Shown: positions 37,648 through 46,939 of the stretch, one piece after another | Layout of the letters: each line of letters starts with the position of its first letter | Numbering within the stretch: position 1 is the first letter of the stretch | DNA from: an uncultured bacterium | GTDB taxonomy: Bacteria > Gemmatimonadota > Gemmatimonadetes > Gemmatimonadales > Gemmatimonadaceae | NCBI GenBank assembly: GCA_963978095.1 | Contig: CAXBQP010000001.1 | Coordinates: 105,076-169,075 of the forward strand | DNA length: 64,000 nt | Direction of reading: 5' to 3' | The notes under the pieces: model-generated | The model's database searches: none | The model's input: only the letters and a program-made list of their open reading frames with translations | Told to the model about the DNA's origin: nothing | Translations under genes and position numbers: made by a program

Positions 37648-38538
37648 ATGTCTTCTCTTGCGCGGACGACCCCCGAGCCGTCGGCGCTCCTCGAGTTACT
37701 GAAGCCAGTCACGTGGTTCCCGCCGATTTGGGCCTTCACCTGCGGCGTGATCTCCACCGGGATTCCCGTCGGGAACCACTGGCGCGCAGTGATCACGGGA
37801 GCGTTGGTCGCGGGCCCGCTGGTTTGCGGCGCAAGTCAAGCCGTCAATGACTGGTATGACCGTCACGTTGATGCCATCAATGAACCGAAGCGGCCGATCC
37901 CCTCGGGTCGAGTCCCGGGTCGCTGGGGCTTCTACGTCGCCATCGGCTGGAGCCTGCTCTCCGCCGCCGTCGCATCCACGCTCGGTGGACGCGCGCTCTT
38001 GGCCACGCTGCTCGGCCTCGCGATGGCGTGGATGTACAGCATGCCGCCCTTCCGACTGAAGGAAAACGGGTGGTGGGGAAATCTCGCCGTCGGCCTCTCG
38101 TACGAAGGGCTCGCGTGGATCACCGGCACCGCCGTCATGCTGGACTCCCTGGCCCCTGCCCCACCAACGATTTGGATGGCGGTGCTCTACAGTCTCGCGG
38201 CGCACGGCATCATGACGCTCAACGACTTCAAAGCCATCGGCGGCGACATCCAGTGTGGGGTTCGGTCGCTCCCGGTGCAACTCGGCGTCACACGTGCAGC
38301 ATGGGTGTCGAGCGGCGTGATGCTGGCCCCCCAGTTCGTGGTGGCCGGTCTGCTGGGGATGTGGGGAAAGCCCGCGGCTGCGCTCGGTATCGTGGGTCTC
38401 ATCGCGGCCCAGATGATCATGATGCGCTGGTTCATCGCCAAGCCGGTCGAACGGGCGCTGTACATGAGCGCCTTCGGCGTCCCCATTGAAGTGGCCGGCA
38501 TGGTGCTGTCGGCGTTTGCCATCCGGGGGGTCGCATGA
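37648..38538 (+). CDS. bchG: Bacteriochlorophyll synthase
   Basis: LLKPVTWFPP, NDWYDRHVDAINEP.RPIPSGR, YS.PP.RLK, NDFK. Confidence 0.95.
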   Translation: MSSLARTTPEPSALLELLKPVTWFPPIWAFTCGVISTGIPVGNHWRAVITGALVAGPLVCGASQAVNDWYDRHVDAINEPKRPIPSGRVPGRWGFYVAIGWSLLSAAVASTLGGRALLATLLGLAMAWMYSMPPFRLKENGWWGNLAVGLSYEGLAWITGTAVMLDSLAPAPPTIWMAVLYSLAAHGIMTLNDFKAIGGDIQCGVRSLPVQLGVTRAAWVSSGVMLAPQFVVAGLLGMWGKPAAALGIVGLIAAQMIMMRWFIAKPVERALYMSAFGVPIEVAGMVLSAFAIRGVA

Positions 38539-39866
38539 CCGCCGCGCGCGCCCTGTCGTGGAGCGGGATCTTCCGACTGGGGCTCGTCCAGCTGGCGCTG
38601 GGCGCGGTCGTGGTGCTGATGACCTCCACGCTGAACCGGGTCATGACCGTCGAGCTGGCGCTCCCTGCGATCGTGCCCGGAGCGTTGGTCGGCTTCCACT
38701 TCCTCGTACAGGCCGTGCGCCCGTGGATGGGGCACGGTTCCGATCGCTCGGGGCGACGCGGGCCGTGGATCATCGGCGGCATGGTGGTGTTGGCGACGGG
38801 CGGGGTCGCGGCGGCCGCCGCAACGGCGTGGGTGGCGACGAATCGCGCGGCCGGGCTGACGGCTGCGGTGCTCGCGTACGCGATGATCGGTGCGGGAGTG
38901 AGTGCGGTCGGCACCCCGTTGCTCGCCATGGTCGCCGAGCGCGTCGCCCCCGCGCGGCGCGCGGCCGCGGCCGCGATTACGTGGTTGATGATGATCGTGG
39001 GATTCATTCTCACGACGGCGATCGGCGGAAACGCGCTCGATCCGTTCTCGATGCGTCGTTTGGTGGAAGTCTCGATGTGGGTCGGGGGCATCGCCGTGTT
39101 GCTGACCGTGGTCGCACTCTGGGGGATGGAGCGGGACGCGAGCGGGCAGGCGCCGGTGGCGGTGGCGTCGCCCGATGGCGATTTCCGCCGTGCACTCGCC
39201 ACGATCTGGCGTGATCCTGCCGCGCGGCGCTTTTCGTGCTTCGTGTTCGTCGCCATGCTCGCCTTCTCGGCGCAAGACCTGATTCTTGAGCCCTTCGCCG
39301 GACTGGTGTTCGGTCTGACGCCCGGAGGATCGACGCGCATTTCGTCGATGCAGAACGGCGGGATGCTCGCCGGGATGTTGACGGCCGCGCTCGTGGCACA
39401 CCGATTCGGCACGTTGCGACAGTGGGCGGTTGCGGGATGCGTTGCCTCCGCCGTCGCGTTCGCCGCACTGGCGATGGTGCCGAGTGTCGGCTCGCTGTGG
39501 GTGTTCAAGAGTGTGGTATTCGGCCTCGGTGCGTCGAACGGCGTCTTTGCGGTGGGAGCGATCGGCTCGATGATGGGTGTGATCACGGAGGCGGGGGATG
39601 CGCGGACCGGGGCACGCATGGGTGTGTTCGGCGCGGCGCAGGGACTGGCCTATGGGATCGGCGGGTTCGCGGGTGCCTGGATGAGCGATCTGGCACGTGG
39701 ATGGTTCGGGTCGCCGTCCAGCGGCTACGCATCGGTGTTCGCGGTCGAAGCCATGCTGTTCGCACTCTCCGGTTGGCTCGCGGCCACGAGCGCGCCCGCC
39801 GTGCGGGGCGAGACGTTGCGTTCGCGCCACGGAAGCGGTGACGCCTTGCTGGGAGCACTCCGCTGA
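38535..39866 (+). CDS. pucC: BCD family MFS transporter (PucC-like, bch2)
   Basis: RLGLVQ, STLNRVM.VEL, GHGSD..GRR.PWI, QDLILEPFAG, MGVFGAAQ. Confidence 0.88.
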   Translation: MTAARALSWSGIFRLGLVQLALGAVVVLMTSTLNRVMTVELALPAIVPGALVGFHFLVQAVRPWMGHGSDRSGRRGPWIIGGMVVLATGGVAAAAATAWVATNRAAGLTAAVLAYAMIGAGVSAVGTPLLAMVAERVAPARRAAAAAITWLMMIVGFILTTAIGGNALDPFSMRRLVEVSMWVGGIAVLLTVVALWGMERDASGQAPVAVASPDGDFRRALATIWRDPAARRFSCFVFVAMLAFSAQDLILEPFAGLVFGLTPGGSTRISSMQNGGMLAGMLTAALVAHRFGTLRQWAVAGCVASAVAFAALAMVPSVGSLWVFKSVVFGLGASNGVFAVGAIGSMMGVITEAGDARTGARMGVFGAAQGLAYGIGGFAGAWMSDLARGWFGSPSSGYASVFAVEAMLFALSGWLAATSAPAVRGETLRSRHGSGDALLGALR

Positions 39867-41125
39867 TGGCGTCAACCGCGTTGCCCATCCTTGCCGTCTC
39901 CCCGGATCTCTCGGGTGCTGCCCCACACCGCGACCTGTGCACCGATTGCGGCGTCTCGCGCATGTCGGCGCCACACCGTTGCGGGCAGGTGTGCCAGTTC
40001 ATCAATCCCCAGCACACGCGCCTCGAACGGCAGGTGCACGGTCGTGCGCGGGACGCGCAGCGTGGGGACGAGCTGTACTTCGGGCCGTACATCGCGATGC
40101 ATCGGGCCCGGCTCATCCGCCCGCTCGAGGGCGCGCAGTGGTCCGGCATCACGACGCGGATCAGCGAGCGGCTGCTGGAGACGGGGGCGGTGGACGCGGT
40201 GATCGCCACGGCGGCCGACCCGCACGACAAATGGACACCACGGCCGGCGCTGATCACGCGTGCCGAGGAGATGCAGCAGGCCCGCGGCATGAAGATGGGG
40301 TACTCCCCCGTGCTGGCATTGCTCGAGGAGGCCAAGGCGATGGGGTACCGACGCGTGGCCTTGCACGGAGTGGCATGTCAGGTGCATGCGCTTCGGGCGC
40401 TCGAACAGGAACTTGGCTTCGACGCGCTCTACGTGATCGGCACGCCGTGCAGCGACAACACGACGACCGAGAAATTCCACGACTTCCTCGCGTTGCTCGC
40501 CGACCGCCCCCAGGACGTGACCTATCTGGAGTTCATGCCGGATTATCACGTGGAGTTGCGCTTCGTGGACGGGGCCGTCACGCGTATTCCCTTCATTCAG
40601 CTCCCGATCGCGCAGCTGCCCAAGGACTTCATTCCGCTGACCTGTCGTTCGTGCTTCGACTACACGAATGCCCTGTCCGACATCACCGTGGGCTACATGG
40701 GCGGCGACGGGGAGCAGTGGTTGCTGGTGCGCAACGCACGCGGTGCGGCGATGCTCGATCTGTTGCGTGGCGAAGTCGAGCTCTCGGAGCCCGGATCACG
40801 GGGCAACCGTGAGAAGCCGCTGCGGACGTTCGTGTCGGTGCTCTCCAAGCAGGCGGGGGGGATGCCGGTGCGTCGCCCGCCGCGGTGGATCAAGCCGGTG
40901 ATCGGATGGGCGCAGGCGACCTTCGGCCCGAAGGGATTGGAGTTCGCCCGCACACGCGTCGAGATGAAAGCCGCGGAGGGGATCATCAACCTTCGGGCGG
41001 AGCGTCCGCGGAGGGTACGTCGGTTGGTCCCGGATTTCGCGTGGGCGGTGGTCGCGCGATACGGGTTGGTGCGCCGTGCCGCTGAAGAGCCGTTCTTGGC
41101 TCCTACACCCGGGAGGAACGGATGA
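39866..41125 (+). CDS. bciB: Ferredoxin-dependent 8-vinyl reductase (F420 hydrogenase beta family)
   Basis: DLCTDCG, CQFI, GAQWSGI.T, GTPCSDN, C..CFDY.N.L.DI.VGYMG, GPKGLEFAR. Confidence 0.85.
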   Translation: MASTALPILAVSPDLSGAAPHRDLCTDCGVSRMSAPHRCGQVCQFINPQHTRLERQVHGRARDAQRGDELYFGPYIAMHRARLIRPLEGAQWSGITTRISERLLETGAVDAVIATAADPHDKWTPRPALITRAEEMQQARGMKMGYSPVLALLEEAKAMGYRRVALHGVACQVHALRALEQELGFDALYVIGTPCSDNTTTEKFHDFLALLADRPQDVTYLEFMPDYHVELRFVDGAVTRIPFIQLPIAQLPKDFIPLTCRSCFDYTNALSDITVGYMGGDGEQWLLVRNARGAAMLDLLRGEVELSEPGSRGNREKPLRTFVSVLSKQAGGMPVRRPPRWIKPVIGWAQATFGPKGLEFARTRVEMKAAEGIINLRAERPRRVRRLVPDFAWAVVARYGLVRRAAEEPFLAPTPGRNG

Positions 41126-42315
41126 CCTCGCACATCTATGACGTGGTGGTCGTCGGGGGTGGGCCCGCGGGGGCGACGGCCGCGCACGAACTCGCGCAGC
41201 GCGGACGCTCGGTGCTGTTGCTGGACCGCGCGTGGCGCACCAAGCCGTGCGGCGGTGCGGTGCCACCGCAGCTCCTGGAAGATTTCCAGGTACCTCAGTC
41301 GTTGTTGGTCGCACGCATCGCGTCGGCGCGCATGATCGCGCCGAGTGATCGCTCGGTGGATATCCCCGTGGGGGACGGCTTCGTCGGGATGGTGGACCGC
41401 GACGTCTTTGATGAATGGCTCCGGGCACGGGCGGCGGTGGCAGGCGCTGTTCGCGTGACGGGTGCGTTCACGGCGCTCGACCGTGACGCGGACGGCACGG
41501 TGACGGTTCGCTATACCGCGGGGCGGTCACGACAGGGTGGCGCGCGGAGCGTGCGCGCCCGTTACGTCGTCGGTGCCGACGGGGCACTCTCGCCCGTCGC
41601 GCGGGCGTGCATCCCCGCATCCAAGGATGCCCGGTTCGTGTTCGCGTATCACGAGATCGTGAAATCACCCGCACAGGATACGTCGGCGTTCGCGGCGACG
41701 CGGTGCGACGTGTACTACCAGGACCGGGTCTCTCCGGATTTCTACGCGTGGGTCTTCCCGCACGGCACGACGACGAGCATCGGGACCGGGTCGTTGCAGC
41801 AAGGGTACGGGCTGAAGCAGTCGGTCGCGGCGTTGCGGGCACGCACCGGGCTGGATCAGGTCGAGACGATCCGTCGTGAAGGGGCTCCGATTCCGCTCGA
41901 GCCGCTCAAGCGCTGGGATGACGGCCGGAATGTCGTGCTCGCAGGCGACGCCGCAGGCGTGGTGGCGCCCTCGTCGGGGGAAGGCATTTTCTACGCCATG
42001 ACCGGCGGACGGCTCGCGGCGGCCGCCGTCGAGTTGGCGATCGCGACCGGCGATGCGCGCGCCCTGGCGACGGCGCGCCGCCGCTTCATGCGCGTGCATG
42101 GACACACCTTCTGGATCCTCGGCGTGATGCAGCGCTATTGGTACTCGAGCGATGTGCGTCGCGAACGATTCGTCACGATCTGCCGGGACCGCGATGTCCA
42201 GCGTCTCACCTTCGAAGCCTACATGCGGAAGCGTTTGGTCGTCGCGAAGCCGTTGTCGCACCTGAAAATCTTCGTGAAGAATCTCGCGCATCTCACGGGG
42301 CTGGTGCCCGCGTGA
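41122..42315 (+). CDS. bchP: Geranylgeranyl reductase
   Basis: VVGGGPAG, KPCGGA, SPDFY.WVFPH, GDAAG...SGEGI. Confidence 0.95.
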   Translation: MTSHIYDVVVVGGGPAGATAAHELAQRGRSVLLLDRAWRTKPCGGAVPPQLLEDFQVPQSLLVARIASARMIAPSDRSVDIPVGDGFVGMVDRDVFDEWLRARAAVAGAVRVTGAFTALDRDADGTVTVRYTAGRSRQGGARSVRARYVVGADGALSPVARACIPASKDARFVFAYHEIVKSPAQDTSAFAATRCDVYYQDRVSPDFYAWVFPHGTTTSIGTGSLQQGYGLKQSVAALRARTGLDQVETIRREGAPIPLEPLKRWDDGRNVVLAGDAAGVVAPSSGEGIFYAMTGGRLAAAAVELAIATGDARALATARRRFMRVHGHTFWILGVMQRYWYSSDVRRERFVTICRDRDVQRLTFEAYMRKRLVVAKPLSHLKIFVKNLAHLTGLVPA

Positions 42316-42797
42316 TGCTTTCCCGGGCGCCGATGGCCATCAGCATCGCCAGCTACGTGTCGCTCGCGTTGGCCGGGGCATGGCTCACGGAGATCGGCCC
42401 GTGGTATCGGACATTGCGCAAGCCGTCCTGGCAGCCGCCTGACCTGGCGTTCGGACCGGTGTGGAGCAGCATCTTCGCCTTGGCCGGCTGGGCAGCCGTG
42501 CGCGGCTGGAACGCACCCGGGAGCACGGGACAACGCCTGATGCTGGTCGCGGCATTCGTCACGAACGGCGCAGGCAACATGCTCTGGAGTTATCTGTTCT
42601 TCCGCCGTCGGCGCCCGGACTGGGCGCTGATCGAAGTCGTTCCGTTCTGGGGAACGATCGTGTGGATGATCGTGGCAGTGCGGCCCCTCGATCCTTCGGC
42701 CGTGTGGATGCTGGTTCCATATCTGTGTTGGGTCACGTTCGCCTCGGTGTTGAATACGGCGATCGTGCGTCTCAACCGGCCATTCGGGGGACAATGA
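42315..42797 (+). CDS. tspO: Tryptophan-rich sensory protein TspO
   Basis: WY..LRKPSWQPP...FGPVW, N.LWS.LFF, PYL.WV.FA..LN. Confidence 0.92.
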   Translation: MLSRAPMAISIASYVSLALAGAWLTEIGPWYRTLRKPSWQPPDLAFGPVWSSIFALAGWAAVRGWNAPGSTGQRLMLVAAFVTNGAGNMLWSYLFFRRRRPDWALIEVVPFWGTIVWMIVAVRPLDPSAVWMLVPYLCWVTFASVLNTAIVRLNRPFGGQ

Positions 42798-42801
42798 TCC
42801 T

Positions 42802-44244
42802 ATGCTGATCTCGATTGCCGTTGATTTCCGTCACGCGAACGTCGCCACACGCGAGCGTTTCCACCTCACGCCGGAGCGGATTGCCCGCATGTACGAGTGC
42901 GACGGGGATCTGGTCCGCGAGCTGGTCTGCGTGGCGACGTGCAACCGTTCCGAGGTGTATGCGTGGACGGGGTCCTCAGACCCCTCATCCCCGGTGACCT
43001 TCGATCACACCGTGACGGCGCTGGCGCGGCGGTGGATGCCGGGGCGCAACGATGCCAAGACCCTGCTCTCGGTGGCACGCCGTCAGTCGGGTCTCGATGT
43101 CGCGCGCCGGTTGATGCGGATCGCCGCCGGACTGGAGTCGCAAGTCGTGGGCGACGGCCAAATCCTGGGACAGTTGAAGGACTCCTACCGGTCAGCTGCG
43201 GATGCGGGGGCCGCCGGCTCCGTCCTGCATCGGCTGTTCGAAACGTCGCTGCGTACCGGCAAGCGGGTCCAGACGGAGACCAGTTTGACGGCGGGGCGCC
43301 GTTCGATCGGCGCCGAGGCCGCGGCCGTCGCGCATCGCCGATTCGGGAACCTCGAGCATGCGCGCGTCGTCATCATCGGCTGCGGCAAGACGGGACTCAA
43401 CGTGGCGCGACAGGTGACCAAGCTCGGCGCGCGCGATGTCGTGATGGTCAACCGCACGATCGACCGCGCGCAGCAGGTGGCCGAGGAGGTTGGCGGGCGG
43501 TGGGCCGCGTGGGAAGCACTGCACGTCGAGGTGGCGATGGCCGACATCGCGATTGTCGCCACGGCGGCACTGGAACCGATTGTCCGGTACCAGGACTTGC
43601 AGCAGGCCCGGGAGAACTGCGGGACGAGCACGTATCCGCTCATGCTGGTGGATCTCGCGATGCCGCGCAACATCGACCCCGCGCTCACCGGAGCTCCCGG
43701 GGTGACCCTCGTGGATCTCGACGCGCTGCACATTCCCGTGTTGGCCGCCGAGGAATCCCGGCGGTCGGCGGCGCCCGCCGCCGATGCGATCGTGGAGGCG
43801 GAACTGCAGAGTTTCGTGGAATGGGTGGCGGCCGCCGCGGCCCGCGATGCGATCCGCCCGCTGCGCGAGGCCCTGGAGGAGATCTGCCGTCGCGAGTTGA
43901 CGTACGCGGCGGGCGAGGAGCTCGCCGGCCGGACGACGGAGCGCATCGTGGCCAAGATCCTCGCGCGACCGATGGTCAAACTGCGCACGGCGCTCGCCCA
44001 TGGCGAGGCGCTGCATGCGTTCAGCTCCACGCTGGACTCGCTCTTCACGGGCCCGGTGACGGACCGCGAAGCGCGCGAAGAGGTACGTCCCGCCCCCCGC
44101 AAGCGGAAGGCCGGTCGTGCCGGAGCGCTCGCCGCGCCGAACGTATCCCACGCGTCGGAGACGACCGGCGTTGGCACCCCGTTGCATGCGCCGCCGCAAC
44201 GTCCGATGGTCCACCCTGATCCCGGAATGCTCCGCACCGTATGA
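42802..44244 (+). CDS. hemA: Glutamyl-tRNA reductase
   Basis: TCNR catalytic motif, GLESQVVGD.QILGQ, GCGKTG, NRT, DLAMPRNID. Confidence 0.9.
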   Translation: MLISIAVDFRHANVATRERFHLTPERIARMYECDGDLVRELVCVATCNRSEVYAWTGSSDPSSPVTFDHTVTALARRWMPGRNDAKTLLSVARRQSGLDVARRLMRIAAGLESQVVGDGQILGQLKDSYRSAADAGAAGSVLHRLFETSLRTGKRVQTETSLTAGRRSIGAEAAAVAHRRFGNLEHARVVIIGCGKTGLNVARQVTKLGARDVVMVNRTIDRAQQVAEEVGGRWAAWEALHVEVAMADIAIVATAALEPIVRYQDLQQARENCGTSTYPLMLVDLAMPRNIDPALTGAPGVTLVDLDALHIPVLAAEESRRSAAPAADAIVEAELQSFVEWVAAAAARDAIRPLREALEEICRRELTYAAGEELAGRTTERIVAKILARPMVKLRTALAHGEALHAFSSTLDSLFTGPVTDREAREEVRPAPRKRKAGRAGALAAPNVSHASETTGVGTPLHAPPQRPMVHPDPGMLRTV

Positions 44245-45305
44245 GTGATCTGTTCCTCCGCGCCTGTCGGCGCGAACCCGTCGAACGGCCCCCCGTCTGG
44301 ATGATGCGCCAGGCGGGGCGGTATCTGCCGGAGTATCGCGCCGTGCGTGCGAAGTCCGACTTCTTGTCGATGTGCCGGACACCGGAACTCGCGGTGGAGG
44401 TGACGTTGCAACCCGTGGACATCCTGTCCGTGGATGCAGCGATCATTTTCAGCGACATCCTCGTGATTCCCGAGGCGATGGGCATGCACCTGATCATGGA
44501 CGAGGGCAAGGGACCACAGTTCCCGTCCCCGCTCCGGAGCGCGGCCGATGTCCGGGGGCTGCACGACGTGGATCCGAACACCGATCTGCGCTATGTGATG
44601 GATGCGTTGACCCTCGCGCGGCGTGAGCTCAACGGTCGCGTGCCGCTGATCGGGTTCGCCGGCGCGCCGTGGACGCTCGCCTCCTACATGGTGGAAGGCA
44701 AAGGGACCAAGCAGTTTGCGGTCGCGAAGAAGCTCCTGTACGAAGATCCGGCGACGGCGCACCTGTTGCTCGGACGGATCGCCGTGGCCGTGGGGCACTA
44801 CATGAAGGCGCAGATTGCGGCCGGGGCGCAGGCACTGCAACTGTTCGACTCGTGGGCCGGCGCGTTGGGCCCTGAGCTGTTCCGCGAGTTCGGGCTGCGG
44901 TACTTGGCGCAAGTCGCGGACATCGCGCGGACGCCCGGGGTGCCGTTCATCGTCTTCGCTCCGGGCGCGGGGTGGGCCTTCGAGGAGATCGCGCGCGCGA
45001 CCAATGCCGATGTCGTGGGCGTGGACTGGCACATGGACGCGACCGCTGCCCGTACGGCCGCGGATCGGTGCGGAGTGGCCGTGCAGGGCAATCTGGATCC
45101 GTGCGCCCTCTACGGCTCTCCGGCGTCGATCCGTGCGCGGACCCAGGCGATGCTCCGCGCGTTCGGCGGACGAGGGCATATCGCGAATCTCGGGCATGGG
45201 ATTCTCCCCGACGTTCCGGTCGAACATGCACGCACCTTCGTGGATACCGTGCGCGAGTGGTCCAACGTGCCGGCCGTTCCGCCCGTCGGAGCCGCGGCGC
45301 GATGA
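44241..45305 (+). CDS. hemE: Uroporphyrinogen decarboxylase
   Basis: PVWMMRQAGRYLPEY, FSDIL, GFAGAPWT, NLGHG. Confidence 0.97.
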   Translation: MSDLFLRACRREPVERPPVWMMRQAGRYLPEYRAVRAKSDFLSMCRTPELAVEVTLQPVDILSVDAAIIFSDILVIPEAMGMHLIMDEGKGPQFPSPLRSAADVRGLHDVDPNTDLRYVMDALTLARRELNGRVPLIGFAGAPWTLASYMVEGKGTKQFAVAKKLLYEDPATAHLLLGRIAVAVGHYMKAQIAAGAQALQLFDSWAGALGPELFREFGLRYLAQVADIARTPGVPFIVFAPGAGWAFEEIARATNADVVGVDWHMDATAARTAADRCGVAVQGNLDPCALYGSPASIRARTQAMLRAFGGRGHIANLGHGILPDVPVEHARTFVDTVREWSNVPAVPPVGAAAR

Positions 45306-46264
45306 CCGTCCCCGCGTCGGGCGCCCCCATGCGCGAGCGTGCGGGGCCGTGGATCGCGTCGATCCATGATGATCTGACCGCGCTCTTCGAACGCCTCGAT
45401 GCGGGGACGCGCTTCACCGAGGACCGGTGGGACCGTGCGGGAGGGGGCGGCGGCGTCACGCGCGTGATGGTCGACGGCGCCACATTCGAGAAAGCCGGGA
45501 TCAATCGTTCCGAAGTCTTCGGCGTGCTGGCTCCGGCCGCAGCCGCTCGACTTGGCGGGATCGGCGTGTCACAGGGCGAGACGCATTTCTACGCCACCGG
45601 CGTGAGCCTGGTGATTCATCCGCGCAGTCCGATGATTCCCACCGTGCACTTGAACGTGCGCTACTTCGAGCTGAGCGACGCGCACGGCCATGTCACCGAT
45701 GCCTGGTTCGGCGGTGGAACCGACCTGACGCCGATGTACCCGCATCCGGAGGATCCCGCGCATTTCCATCGGGCCCTCAAGACGATCTGTGACGCGCATC
45801 ATCCGACCTTCCACCCACGTTTCAAGGCGTGGTGTGACGAATACTTCACGAACAAGCACCGCGAGGGCGAGGCGCGCGGGTGCGGCGGGATATTCTTCGA
45901 TCACATGCGCGCCGACACCGATGCGAGCGGCCTCGCGCTCGCGCCGCTGCAGGCCTTCGTGGATGCGGTGGGACGCTCGCTGCACACGGCGTACGCGCCG
46001 ATCGTCGAGCAGCGCCGCGGCGAGCCGTGGGGAGACGCCGAACGCCAGTACCAACTGCTCCGTCGCGGCCGGTATGTGGAGTTCAATCTGCTGCACGACC
46101 GCGGTACGATTTTCGGCCTGCAGACCGACGCACGGGTGGAAAGCGTGCTGATGAGCCTCCCGCCGCTGGCGGCGTGGGAGTATGCGCCGCACTACGAGGA
46201 GGGCTCGTTCCAAGCGCGACTCCTGACGATGCTCCGCCCGCGCGATTGGTGCGCGGGCGCGTAG
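45302..46264 (+). CDS. hemF: O2-dependent coproporphyrinogen III oxidase
   Basis: FEKAG.N.S, PTVH.N.RYF, WFGGGTDLTP, RRGRYVEFNL..DRGT.FGL. Confidence 0.95.
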   Translation: MTVPASGAPMRERAGPWIASIHDDLTALFERLDAGTRFTEDRWDRAGGGGGVTRVMVDGATFEKAGINRSEVFGVLAPAAAARLGGIGVSQGETHFYATGVSLVIHPRSPMIPTVHLNVRYFELSDAHGHVTDAWFGGGTDLTPMYPHPEDPAHFHRALKTICDAHHPTFHPRFKAWCDEYFTNKHREGEARGCGGIFFDHMRADTDASGLALAPLQAFVDAVGRSLHTAYAPIVEQRRGEPWGDAERQYQLLRRGRYVEFNLLHDRGTIFGLQTDARVESVLMSLPPLAAWEYAPHYEEGSFQARLLTMLRPRDWCAGA

Positions 46265-46265
46265 C

Positions 46266-46928
46266 GTGGATCGGGTGCGGCCATTCGAGGGTGCCTCCGA
46301 CACGCTGTCGGCACAGCTGCGCGACCGCACCAAGGACGCGCATCACGCCGCCGAACGCAGCGGCGTGATGGCGGCGTTGTTGCGCGGCCAGATGACGCGC
46401 AGCACCTACGCCCTGTTGCTGCGCAGCCTGCATCCGATCTATGACGCGCTCGAGCGGGGCCTGGCGAGCGCGGCGCACGATCCGTGGATCGCTCCGATCC
46501 ACGCCCCGCGGGTCTGGCGCACGGCCGCCCTCGAGCGGGATCTGGTGTATTTCGCCGGCCCCGCGTGGGCTGCGTTGCCGATCGCGCCGGCGGCCATGGG
46601 TTACGCACAGCGGCTGGACGCGCTCCGGCGCGAGCACCCGGGGCAGCTCGTCGCCCACGCCTATGTCCGGTATCTCGGTGACCTCAATGGCGGACAGATC
46701 CTCGCCCGGGTGGTGCGAAAGGCGCTCGGGTTGACTGACGCGGCCGGGACGGCGTTCTACGAGTTCGCGGAGATCGACGACCTGCGCGCGGAGTCCGGCC
46801 GGTGGCGGGCCGCGCTGGACGCGGTGCCGGCCGACCTGGAAGGCCGCGCGCGCCTCGCCGACGAGGCACTCGTCGGGTTCGACTTGCACATCCGGATGTT
46901 CGCCGAGATCGCGGCGCTGGCAGCGTAG
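46266..46928 (+). CDS. bphO: Biliverdin-producing heme oxygenase
   Basis: LR..T...H..AE proximal His, AHAYVRYLGDL.GGQI, FY.F; adjacent to bphP. Confidence 0.88.
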   Translation: MDRVRPFEGASDTLSAQLRDRTKDAHHAAERSGVMAALLRGQMTRSTYALLLRSLHPIYDALERGLASAAHDPWIAPIHAPRVWRTAALERDLVYFAGPAWAALPIAPAAMGYAQRLDALRREHPGQLVAHAYVRYLGDLNGGQILARVVRKALGLTDAAGTAFYEFAEIDDLRAESGRWRAALDAVPADLEGRARLADEALVGFDLHIRMFAEIAALAA

Positions 46929-46939
46929 GGCCGTCGGCG

